64,000 nt of DNA. Source: Candidatus Melainabacteria bacterium 17Bon1m. Lineage in GTDB: Bacteria; Cyanobacteriota; Vampirovibrionia; Obscuribacterales; Obscuribacteraceae. Where the stretch lies: contig JAVLKG010000003.1 of the NCBI GenBank assembly GCA_032128875.1, positions 97,008 to 161,007 of the forward strand, given 5' to 3'. Below, in pieces: positions 19,952 through 28,374 of this stretch; position 1 is the first letter of the stretch; every line of letters starts with the position of its first letter. A program made the translations under genes and the position numbers. Under the pieces are notes generated by a model. It had not been told where the DNA came from, ran no database searches, and saw only the letters and a list, made by a program, of their open reading frames with translations.

Positions 19952-20686
19952 CTATTTCTTCTCTTGCAAATGCGAAAGATACTCGACGATTGAGTCGACT
20001 TGTTCTTTCGCCAACGGACCACCGGCGTCTCCTATAAAACCAGGCATGGTGATTTTTCTGGGGCTGCCGTAGGCCGTTACGTGCCACACGTGCTTCTTGA
20101 TGGCTGGGTCGTTGTAGTCGCGCACGAGGCAAGGGCCGACTCCTCCTTGTGCATCTTGTCCATGACACATGGCGCAATCTGCCTTGTAGAGCTCTTCTCC
20201 GAAAAGTCCAACTCCTTGTGCGACGTGGCAACTGGTGCACTTTTCGTCAGTGAGAAACTTTGCTTTGCTGCGCTCTGAGAGCGCCTTGTGACGGTTTTCC
20301 ACGACCATTGACATAGAGAGAATCACAAGTGGTCGCTCAGGATCGTCTGATGAAATATCTACTGTTTTGGTGATCTCGTCTTGTTTCATCGAGGTGTCCA
20401 ACTGCACTGTCAGAGTTGTTGATTCACCCGGGTTCAAAAGCGTCTTTGGCAGTTTTGGAACGGTGCAGCCACATGTTGAGTAGGCTTTGATTATTTGAAG
20501 GGGCTCAGTACCCTTGTTGAATATCTTGAATTTGTGCTCCAGCTCTATGCCTTCTGCCACGTGACCGAAGTCGAACTCTTCATGGTCGAACGTAATTTGC
20601 GCGCCATTCGCGGGCGGTTTTGGCTTCTCTTCTGCGCATGCGGAGAGAAGAGCAAAAGTGCATATCGCGATCAGAAACTTCCTCAT
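19952..20686 (-). CDS. Lipoprotein: DUF1573 (Ig-like) domain fused to a di-heme cytochrome c region
   Basis: Lipobox LLSA-C; FDFG..FKIFNKG.EPL.I..STCGCT; CTSCH and CAMCH heme motifs; distal MPGF. Confidence 0.85.
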   Translation of the reverse strand: MRKFLIAICTFALLSACAEEKPKPPANGAQITFDHEEFDFGHVAEGIELEHKFKIFNKGTEPLQIIKAYSTCGCTVPKLPKTLLNPGESTTLTVQLDTSMKQDEITKTVDISSDDPERPLVILSMSMVVENRHKALSERSKAKFLTDEKCTSCHVAQGVGLFGEELYKADCAMCHGQDAQGGVGPCLVRDYNDPAIKKHVWHVTAYGSPRKITMPGFIGDAGGPLAKEQVDSIVEYLSHLQEKK

Positions 20687-20817
20687 TCACCGATGATATG
20701 TGCAAGCGGGGCGCCCCGCAACCCTGGGTCGGGGAGGCAAGACAGCGTGCTTGTGCTGGGAGTATCCTTTGGTTTAATTCGAGGATACTAAACGGACTAA
20801 TAGAATTTAGGCTTAAA

Positions 20818-20847
20818 GGAAACTGGCTCAGGGGGGAGCCAGTTTCC
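20818..20847. terminator. Perfect 12-bp inverted repeat downstream of the DUF5134 gene
   Basis: ggaaactggctc-AGGGGG-gagccagtttcc. Confidence 0.55.
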
Positions 20848-20904
20848 GATGGTTTCACTCAAAGCAGCACAAGAAGCGGTGCTTCCTGCGTTGTCTGTAT
20901 CGAG

Positions 20905-21612
20905 TTACTTCCCGCAGAGCGGATCCGGGGTTTCGCCGTGATGCTCATGATGCGGCATGGGGTGCGACATCGGCGAGCATGGCTGAGACTGGACCGGAGC
21001 CACGGTGCTGCCGTGATGTGCATGACCCGGCATCAGTAATGCGGGGAAAAGCGACATCAGGAGCATGACGACGCCCATCGAAAGATGCGCGAGGTCGGAA
21101 GTGAACGAGAGGCTCTTGCCGGCGCGTGCGTCGAGGACGGCGTCCTTGACGTAATAGCCGGAGAACCAGGTCCAGAAGAGCAGCATGGCGCCGTTGAAGA
21201 GCGTGAGCAGGAGCGGGCTGAGCGCAAGCGGCTGGAACATGGTGAACATGCCCAGAAACATCGCCGAGTGCGTCCAGTCCCACCACTGCTTGTTGTACGA
21301 CAGGCGCTTGCCCCAGGTCATGGCGCGCGCGGCGTAGTACACAGTACCGAAGCCGAGAATCCACGACCACGCAAGAGCGGGGACGGGAATCAGCCAGGCA
21401 GCCAGATGGCTAGCCATCGCCAGCATGCAAACGAAGTGCCCCGCTTCGCCTTCCCAGTCGAAGAAGCCGATGGCGTTCTTGACCATGGAGGGGCGGAAGA
21501 GGCGATAGAGATAGAAACCGGCGAACCCGAGGAAGAGTAAGCCGACGGAAGTGATCAACCATTCGGGCGAGGTGAAAGCACCAGCGTCCGGCATGTGATG
21601 CGTATGGTCCAT
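20905..21612 (-). CDS. DUF5134-like His/Met-rich integral membrane protein
   Basis: AAGGAG before ATG 21612; TM helices carry HFVCMLAM, HSAMFLGMFTM and HLSMGVVM; His-rich termini. Confidence 0.75.
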   Translation of the reverse strand: MDHTHHMPDAGAFTSPEWLITSVGLLFLGFAGFYLYRLFRPSMVKNAIGFFDWEGEAGHFVCMLAMASHLAAWLIPVPALAWSWILGFGTVYYAARAMTWGKRLSYNKQWWDWTHSAMFLGMFTMFQPLALSPLLLTLFNGAMLLFWTWFSGYYVKDAVLDARAGKSLSFTSDLAHLSMGVVMLLMSLFPALLMPGHAHHGSTVAPVQSQPCSPMSHPMPHHEHHGETPDPLCGK

Positions 21613-21983
21613 TTGAGTCTCCTTGGTCACGTAGTTGTGCGCACTTGCAAGAGCGAGTGCACAGCAGGAGTTCGATAGCTAATTCAGGGACACACTCAGA
21701 TGCACGTGCTACGGGCGCGTGACAAAGTCTCTAAAGTCGAATGAGGAGAAACCTCTGAGTGTTTTTGATTCCTGAGTGATGAAAAAGAAAGATGAGGACT
21801 AAAACTGGCAGATACGGCAGACGTTTCGCTACTTGGCAGGGTTGTTGTTAAGAGGTTGTCGCCCTGGCTGGAGTGCAGTGTATGCGGCAACTGATGGCAG
21901 TCTTGCGTAAGTTGACTAACTGATTAAGTGACGGGAATTTCGTCTAAACTGCGCACAACCGGCTCGCAGAGCTGTATGAGCCT

Positions 21984-22000
21984 ATCCCCGGGAGGGGGTT
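21984..22000. promoter_or_regulatory. Second putative CsoR operator, upstream of the DUF5134 gene
   Basis: ATCCCC-GGGAG-GGGGTT; same consensus (ATCCCC-N5-GGGGAT) as the site before csoR. Confidence 0.65.
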
Positions 22001-22222
22001 GTTATCACCAATTGCTTGCCGCTATTTGTTATTCCATAACTTGCCAAGCTTGAGCCGTTTGTGCCTGTCGAAAGTCGTCAGTTAATTTGGTTTGGAGGGC
22101 CACCGCATGTGGTGCTAGCACGTCTTGCGATTATGGCCCGTCCTGCAATGCAAATGGGTGTCGGCGCGACCTTCTGACCTTCTGTTACCTGGTGCTAGAA
22201 GAGATAGTAGCGTGAGTGCTTA

Positions 22223-22274
22223 GAAGAAAAGACCGAAGAGGGTTGGCGCGTTTTTCATCGCCAACCCCCTCGGT
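22223..22274 (-). terminator. Intrinsic terminator after the nicotianamine synthase gene
   Basis: accgaagagggttggcg / cgccaaccccctcggt stem followed on the minus strand by CTTTTCTT. Confidence 0.7.
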
Positions 22275-22331
22275 AATTTCGTTCTCTCGCGTGCGCGTTA
22301 ACGATACGAGACTCTGCGAACTCAGTGCAAG

Positions 22332-23306
22332 TTACGCAGCAGCCTCCGTCTCGCTTTCCAGCGGACGGCGGTACTTGTAGACGTGCACGGAGTTGATCAG
22401 CTGCGAGCCATTCTCGGGCAGGAAGGTATCCACCCAGGTCAAGCCGGGGATGCATGCTTCCATGTCCTCGAGGAGGTCATCAGCCGGTTCGTAGAGCAAA
22501 GCGCGCATGTTGACGGGGTCAACGCTGCGCACCAGGAAGGTCACTTCGTTGCCCGGAGCGACTTGCGACATGATGTTGAGCATCACGCGCTCCTTCTCCG
22601 TCACCATGCTGGCGATGAAGAAGGTGTCGAAGCCGGGCGGAACCACCAGATGGGCACCATCGACCTGGGTGACCTGCACGTGGTCCTGCATGCCGAGCTT
22701 GGTGAGTGCCTTCACCGCCTGAGCAGCCGCTTCCGGCTCCTTCTCGACGGAGAGAATCTGGAACGCGCTCGGCCAGTCGCGCCAGAATTCACGGTGGATG
22801 ACCTTCGTCAGCTGAGCTTCGGCCTGAGGATCGTTGTCGACAAGACAACGAGTCAGCTCGCCGAGCATGCCCTGCGCGCGCGCAGCCTGGACGATCGTCA
22901 GCACCAGCGGCGTCCACGGAAGCGGACCACCACCGACGAAAACGACGCGGCTGTTCGAGTTCAGGTTGGCCAGCTCGCTCTCCTTGAGCGCCAGCTTCAG
23001 ATAGTGGTCGATGTACGGGAAGTCCAGAACTCGGCCGGGGTCGCTGTAAAACAGCTCCAGCTGAAACTCGGCGCGCTGGCAAAGCGTGCGGAGGTCAGCG
23101 GTCACACCCGACTCGCTCAGGGCCTGTAGAGCGCGCCGCGCAGCCGCCTGATTGTGCGGCAGCGTGACGTATCGAACGAGTTCGGTCAGCTTCTGGTTGA
23201 CGATTGCGTTGCGCGGCGACAGGTCGGTCTGTCGTGCAAGCACATCGCGCGTTTCGGTAACGTGCGACACCAACTCGCAGAAGCGACGGTTTTGCCATCG
23301 TTTCAT
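22332..23306 (-). CDS. Nicotianamine synthase (NAS/CntL-like) family protein
   Basis: LSPRNAIVNQKLTELV, LRTLCQRAEFQLE, FPYIDHYLKL, VVFVGGGPLPWT, LVRS...RALLYEP, INSV; AAGGAG before ATG 23306. Confidence 0.85.
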   Translation of the reverse strand: MKRWQNRRFCELVSHVTETRDVLARQTDLSPRNAIVNQKLTELVRYVTLPHNQAAARRALQALSESGVTADLRTLCQRAEFQLELFYSDPGRVLDFPYIDHYLKLALKESELANLNSNSRVVFVGGGPLPWTPLVLTIVQAARAQGMLGELTRCLVDNDPQAEAQLTKVIHREFWRDWPSAFQILSVEKEPEAAAQAVKALTKLGMQDHVQVTQVDGAHLVVPPGFDTFFIASMVTEKERVMLNIMSQVAPGNEVTFLVRSVDPVNMRALLYEPADDLLEDMEACIPGLTWVDTFLPENGSQLINSVHVYKYRRPLESETEAAA

Positions 23307-23467
23307 GACTGTTCTCCTTATCATGAGTATTCCGATCGGGCACAGCTGTCGCCCAATGCGGTGAGTTACGTAAACGACATTTCACGCCCGATCGCGCGGC
23401 TTGCTTGCCACCTGCGACTCGTGCGTGAGATTCAGAGTTGGATTCAAATTTGCGATATCGAGAACTC

Positions 23468-23546
23468 GTAGGGGAGCCGCATGCGGCTCCGTGTCAGGGA
23501 AGCGCATGCGCTTCGCCTGCTTGAAGAGCGAATGCGCTTCCCCTAC
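23468..23546. repeat. GTAG-type REP/REPIN-like palindrome cluster
   Basis: GTAGGGGAGCCGCATGCGGCTCC, internal GGGAAGCGCATGCGCTTC, and an inverted copy ending ATGCGCTTCCCCTAC. Confidence 0.65.
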
Positions 23547-23561
23547 TCGAAGAAGTGAAGA

Positions 23562-23861
23562 CTATTTCTTCTTTTTCTTCTTCTCGATGACCAGCCGTTG
23601 GACGGGACCTGAGCCTTCGCTGTGAGCTTTGATGATCTCAGCGGCGTCTTCAGGTTCCACGCGCCCATATCGAACTTTGTCCGGCGTCACGACGATGCTC
23701 GGACCCTTCTTGCACAAATCAAGGCATCCACAGCCTTTGACTTCCAGCGAGCTTGCTTGTGCGGTGACTTCAGCTTGCAGCTGCTCCAACACCTTCTTGC
23801 TGCCGCGCTTCGGGCATTTCTTGCCCTGGGTGCAAACATAGATTTTTGTGGGTTTCCCCAT
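23562..23861 (-). CDS. Thioredoxin-like [2Fe-2S] ferredoxin
   Basis: IYVCTQGKKCPKRGS, GCLDLCKKGP, VRYGRVEPED; GGGAGG RBS. Confidence 0.9.
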   Translation of the reverse strand: MGKPTKIYVCTQGKKCPKRGSKKVLEQLQAEVTAQASSLEVKGCGCLDLCKKGPSIVVTPDKVRYGRVEPEDAAEIIKAHSEGSGPVQRLVIEKKKKKK

Positions 23862-24434
23862 GTAGTGCCTCCCTTGCGACAGTGATGCCGCACGTTAGGA
23901 GAAGGTCATGTCAGTGACTGCGTGACCTCACACAGCGGTGCAAGGTAGCGCAGCACATCCATTTCGGGAAGAAAACACAGCCTTACGTCTCTTCGTGAAT
24001 GACCGTTCTCCGGAGGAGAAGTTTCAAGACACAAGTTTGACGAGGTTGCTTAGGTTTCCTGAAAAGGGAGAAGACTTCTCCGAGAAGAAATGAAGTACTG
24101 AAAATTACAAGTGCAGTCTAAGAAGCTCATGACCCTAGTATCAACCTTCAAAACTAAAGATATTCCTGAGCTTCGAGGTGTATCTGGACCCATTTTTCGG
24201 AACTGTTGGGGTGCTCCGCTAGTTTGACCTTATTGCGAATTAGTATCAACAATCCCTGCGCTAACTACGTCACCTTTACAACTATTTGCGAATCATTCCG
24301 CAATTTTAGAGACCAAAAAGGGCACTAACTTCGTATTTGCACCCTGGTCAGAGTGCCCACTAGGTGCGATTATCGAGCATGCGGTCATGTATTTTTGGAC
24401 CGCTCTCAGGCAGCTTTGACCATGAAATAGACCA

Positions 24435-24644
24435 ATGGACGTCTGGACAGTCTTACTTTTAGTTGCGTTAATGACCGGCATCATGGGCTGGTTCGTTACG
24501 CCGTTTACCAGCGCCATAATCTACATTTGCATGATGTGCGACGGTGACCCTATCGACTGGGGGCTGGAAGTGGCGTTCTCCCTTGCCGTTCCATTTGCGT
24601 GGGTCTTTGCAATCATGGAAATCATCCTTTTATATCGTCTCTAA
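24435..24644 (+). CDS. Small 2-TM hypothetical membrane protein
   Basis: 69 aa, two hydrophobic helices with a CMMCD loop; weak RBS. Confidence 0.55.
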   Translation: MDVWTVLLLVALMTGIMGWFVTPFTSAIIYICMMCDGDPIDWGLEVAFSLAVPFAWVFAIMEIILLYRL

Positions 24645-24755
24645 AAGCTTGTTGCGAACGTGAAAGGCTTATTGCGAATATTGTCAAATTAGCAAGAGCG
24701 TACCGCCAGGGTTTTTAAGCGAGTATGCTTACGTACAACCGCCGCTGGCTGGACC

Positions 24756-25670
24756 ATGGTCGCCACATTTACCGCAGAAGAAATACTCGAAATAACGACT
24801 GGGCGCCTGGCTCAGGGCATGATGCCGGACGAAAACGAAGCCGCGGAAATTTGCATCGATACGAGAGAAATCAAGGAAGGCGCATGGTTTGTGGCTTTGC
24901 GCGGTGATCGCTTCGACGGACACGATTTTTTGGGTGATGCATTTGCTTCGGGGGCGCTCGGCTGCATCGTAAGCGAAAGAGGCAGCTACCCGATAGCCAG
25001 CTCGTCTTTTCCGCTGATTGCCGTCGACGATACGATGATTGCCTTGAAGAACCTCGCGCGCAACTGGCGTCGGCGTCTCAGCCCAACTGTAGTGGCAGTC
25101 ACAGGCTCAAAGAGTCAGCCCTTCGGAATCGTTACTCAACTGATGGCAAGGGTAATGGGCTCGTGCTTTGACGAACAATTTCATTTTTTGCCACCAACTG
25201 CGGTGCTGCCCGCGGGAGAGGCATTGACTTGTTTATTGTCGATGGATGAGATGGCTCGTTATTGTTTGTTCGAGTTGACACCACGCTCCGTCGACGAGCT
25301 GTCACTGTTCTGCGGCGCACTGGCTCCTAACATTCTCATCGTCACCAATGACGGCTATCGTGATTTGAAGGCGGGAGCTGCCGGAGGTGATGCGATCGAG
25401 GCGCTAGCTGAGGTTCTTGCCAATATGGACCCACGCAAGAAGATGGTTATTTCTGAAGATCCGCCCGGTACTGAAATGCAGAAATTTGCGGCAGTTTTTC
25501 CCGGACGCTTTGAGGTTTATTCTGAAACGGCCGAAAACCCGCTTGTCGGTGGGGATTTCTCCGAGAATAGAGAACTTGCGCAGCATCTCTGGTGTGTATT
25601 CACCGCTGCACGTGAGATGGGTGTGGACGAAGCCGAAGTATTATCTCTGCTGTCTATGGAAAATGCTTAG
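24756..25670 (+). CDS. MurF-like protein with degenerate P-loop, lacking the C-terminal domain
   Basis: IDTREI...FVALRGDRFDGHDF, IAVDDTMIAL..LA; P-loop reads VAVTGSKSQPF rather than VTGSxGKTT; only 304 aa. Confidence 0.8.
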   Translation: MVATFTAEEILEITTGRLAQGMMPDENEAAEICIDTREIKEGAWFVALRGDRFDGHDFLGDAFASGALGCIVSERGSYPIASSSFPLIAVDDTMIALKNLARNWRRRLSPTVVAVTGSKSQPFGIVTQLMARVMGSCFDEQFHFLPPTAVLPAGEALTCLLSMDEMARYCLFELTPRSVDELSLFCGALAPNILIVTNDGYRDLKAGAAGGDAIEALAEVLANMDPRKKMVISEDPPGTEMQKFAAVFPGRFEVYSETAENPLVGGDFSENRELAQHLWCVFTAAREMGVDEAEVLSLLSMENA

Positions 25671-25680
25671 AGGTTGAAGC

Positions 25681-25708
25681 AAAAGAAAAGGAGCCGCGAA
25701 CGGCTCCT
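25681..25708 (-). terminator. Intrinsic terminator with UUCG tetraloop
   Basis: Minus strand aggagccg-TTCG-cggctcct followed by TTTCTTTT. Confidence 0.8.
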
Positions 25709-25732
25709 GGAAAGGATTTTGCTTGGCTGAAG

Positions 25733-26122
25733 CTATGCGTTCTGCTGGGTTAGCAAACGCCGATTGCGCGATGCAAACAAATAGCATTGCTTGGTGATCC
25801 ACATCGTGCCTGGCAATATGTAGAAAACAGCTGCCAATTTGCCGAGCGGCAAATGCTTGAGAATGAGCGGGATGGCTTCTGGTCCTTGCCAGCGACTGCC
25901 TTCTTCGTCGATGAGCATCAAGCTCCAGCGTGAGCTGTCCAGCTCGGTAATTAACCGCTGCGCAGCAGGATTTCTCGAGTCTCTATCTACGAAAGTGAAG
26001 ATGGCTTCTCGATCCCACCATTTCACCAGCGAGCTGAAATTGCGGACCATGCCGCATCTTTCGTCGCAGACGATAGTAAAAGACGACAAGTTTATTGGGC
26101 TTTGAATGGCTGCAGTTTCCAT
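25733..26122 (-). CDS. DCC1-like thiol-disulfide oxidoreductase family (DUF393) protein
   Basis: IVCDERCGMV, WD....F.F, LIDEEG..WQGPEA..LIL..LP, Y...SRNR; start set at METAAI. Confidence 0.75.
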   Translation of the reverse strand: METAAIQSPINLSSFTIVCDERCGMVRNFSSLVKWWDREAIFTFVDRDSRNPAAQRLITELDSSRWSLMLIDEEGSRWQGPEAIPLILKHLPLGKLAAVFYILPGTMWITKQCYLFASRNRRLLTQQNA

Positions 26123-26507
26123 TGCTTGCTCGCCTTTTCTTGAGGTGGGTCTTTTACGGAATTCCTGGTCTTGACTCTTAATCTTTAGATTTGAGTTGCT
26201 TAATTTTAGCAGAGCATAGTGCATATTTGATACCAATATTCGAGAAATATTTTTCCGCTTCTACTATTGAAGGGCTCACGAAAACGCCGTTGCCACGCGG
26301 GATTTCAAGTAGTGCCCCAAAATATTTCGTTGTTCATTTCTTGACTTCTGTCGACGATCAGCCACAAATCTTGAAGTTTGCAAAGCGATACTGTATTAGC
26401 GTTTTCTATTTGATGTTTTTCCAACGCGTGATACCTTGATGTCAGGGAACTTCTTGGCGCAAGACGCGCCTTATACATCAGAGTTCCCGAGCGTGGAGCG
26501 AAACCCC

Positions 26508-26726
26508 ATGAAGCCTGGCAATATCAGACTAAGCAGATTTATAAGCTCCGAAGCCGGAGATGGAACCGTTGAGTACGGGACCATCATGACCTATTCAGTA
26601 ATCGCGGTTGCATTGATCATCACTATCTTCAACGCAGCTCAATCCGGATTGATTGCCACTTTGACGGATGATGCAGTTTCACGCGTCAATTGGGTCGCCG
26701 CAAAACAAGCCGGAACCTGGAACTAG
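26508..26726 (+). CDS. Flp/Fap-type (type IVc) pilin-like protein
   Basis: RFISSEAG|DGTVEYG followed by a hydrophobic helix; 72 aa; GGAG upstream. Confidence 0.65.
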   Translation: MKPGNIRLSRFISSEAGDGTVEYGTIMTYSVIAVALIITIFNAAQSGLIATLTDDAVSRVNWVAAKQAGTWN

Positions 26727-26816
26727 AATTTGCTTTTCAAAATTTGGTGAGTGCATGGAGATGCGCTTGTTTCCTGGTTTTTTGCTTATATTATAAAGAG
26801 TAGTAAAAATGCGCTG

Positions 26817-26877
26817 AAAAAAAGAGGTTCTGCAGTCAGGATGCATCTTTCGATACAGCCTGAAAGCAGAACCCCTC
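26817..26877 (-). terminator. Long GAAA-capped stem-loop plus U-tract after htpX
   Basis: Minus strand gaggggttctgc..tcaggctgtatc-GAAA-gatgcatcctgactgcagaacctc followed by a T run. Confidence 0.75.
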
Positions 26878-26910
26878 AAAGCTAAGTCGTGCCGTTGGCG
26901 CTCTCGTCGC

Positions 26911-27981
26911 TTAGTCGAGGTCGCGAACGCGCGGGCACTGGTCGCCGGCCATTGCATCCAGCTCAGCCATGCGCTTTTCGACAGACGGGTGATGTTCACC
27001 CAGTCCGCGCCACCAACGACCAAGTCGAGCGCCCAGGCTGTTGTCGACGCCAGTCTCGTCGTCCTCGTCAAACGCGTTGACGATGAAGAGAGGCTTCATG
27101 CCGCGAGTCAGAGTGATGAGGCGAATGTCACGACGCTGACGCATCATGAAATTGCGGATCTTCTGCAGCGCGCTGGAAAGGGCGCACGGATCCTGCGTCC
27201 ACTCAGCGGCAAGCACGTCGGCAGCGCTTTCGCGGCAACGGCTGACGAAGAGCGCCAGGAATTTCGTGAGCATGCTGACCAGGTAGAAAATGACCAGCAT
27301 CATGATGAAACCAGCGACGCCGCCATCTGGCGTGAAGAATCGCTTCTTGTCCTTATTCACCTTGTCCGACAGTTTGTCGAGCAGAGGCGCTTCGCCGCCG
27401 GAGAACACACCGCGGAAGAGTCCGGGAATGCCGGCAGACAGGACGATGGCGAACAGCGAGCCCATCACAGCCATGAACGACCCAATCGAAACGTCACGGC
27501 ACTTCACGTGCGCAAGTTCGTGGGCAAGCACAGCTTTGAGCTCTGCGTCGGTGAGGCCGAGATGCAGCAACCCTTCGGTTGCGGCGATGAAGCTGTTGGC
27601 CGGATTCCGACCCGTCGCAAAAGCGTTCGGCATCGGAATCGGCGAGATGTACACCGGCGGCTTGACCTTGAGACCGGTCACCGGATACAGCTCATTGACC
27701 AGGCGCACAAGGCGCTGGTGATCGGGATTGTGCGCGTTTGGCTCGCGGCACTTCATCAGCTTCAGAACAAGCGTGCCGCTGTGATACCAGCTGAAAACCG
27801 GCACCAGCGACCACGCACCAAGAAGCACGACTCCCCATGTGAAGCTGAGCCCGAAATACATCAGGGCTGCAACTGCAAGCACGGAAATGAGAGACATGCC
27901 AAAGATAGTCTTAAACCAGGTCGACGCGAGGCGGCGCTTCGTTGCGGCTGCGTCAAACCCGTGAGAATGTTTGTGTGGCAT
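26911..27981 (-). CDS. htpX: M48 family membrane zinc metalloprotease HtpX
   Basis: PNAFATGRNP, ELKAVLAHELAHV, SRCRESAAD, HPSVEKR. Confidence 0.88.
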   Translation of the reverse strand: MPHKHSHGFDAAATKRRLASTWFKTIFGMSLISVLAVAALMYFGLSFTWGVVLLGAWSLVPVFSWYHSGTLVLKLMKCREPNAHNPDHQRLVRLVNELYPVTGLKVKPPVYISPIPMPNAFATGRNPANSFIAATEGLLHLGLTDAELKAVLAHELAHVKCRDVSIGSFMAVMGSLFAIVLSAGIPGLFRGVFSGGEAPLLDKLSDKVNKDKKRFFTPDGGVAGFIMMLVIFYLVSMLTKFLALFVSRCRESAADVLAAEWTQDPCALSSALQKIRNFMMRQRRDIRLITLTRGMKPLFIVNAFDEDDETGVDNSLGARLGRWWRGLGEHHPSVEKRMAELDAMAGDQCPRVRDLD

Positions 27982-28374
27982 CTCACGACTCCTTCAGATT
28001 TGCATTTAGAACCGCGCCGCTCTTCGTAGAACAAGCAGCAGCGGTGCGGGAAAGGCGAGGTAGGTAGGTATTTCCAGTCGTAGAAAAGCCGGCCTACAAC
28101 TCCCGCATGCTGCTAGGCACGAGGTTGAAGAGAACTAAGCCGGAAAACGGGAGATTTAGCCTGAGGGCTAGATACCTGTAAGAGCAGAAAAAAGCGGGTG
28201 AAACGGAAGAACTCTAATCAAGTCATGACAGCTGTTTCTAGAAGACTAATAAAACAGTGCTTTAGAAACGGCGGATTACAGTTCGCATCGCTTATGTAGC
28301 CAAGGGTTCGCAGCTAGCGACGTCTTTGCGAGCAAGACGTCAAGCGCTTTGCCGCTTTGTAGTTCTCGCGGGTT

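Noticed and set aside
19788-20240. N-terminal 150 aa of the 397-aa ORF 19047..20240
   Set aside because: Overlaps the cytochrome gene in another frame; the RBS and signal peptide place the start at 19787.
21696-21890. 64-aa Ser/His-rich ORF as a metal-sensing leader peptide before DUF5134
   Set aside because: TTG start without an RBS, an in-frame stop shortly upstream, and no CxxC or RAPP motif.
23862-24434. Cobalamin riboswitch upstream of the ferredoxin (also sought at 52612-52850)
   Set aside because: No B12-box (GCCACTG...GGGAAG) arrangement found on the appropriate strand.
26989-28029. 346-aa plus-strand ORF
   Set aside because: Antisense shadow of htpX.
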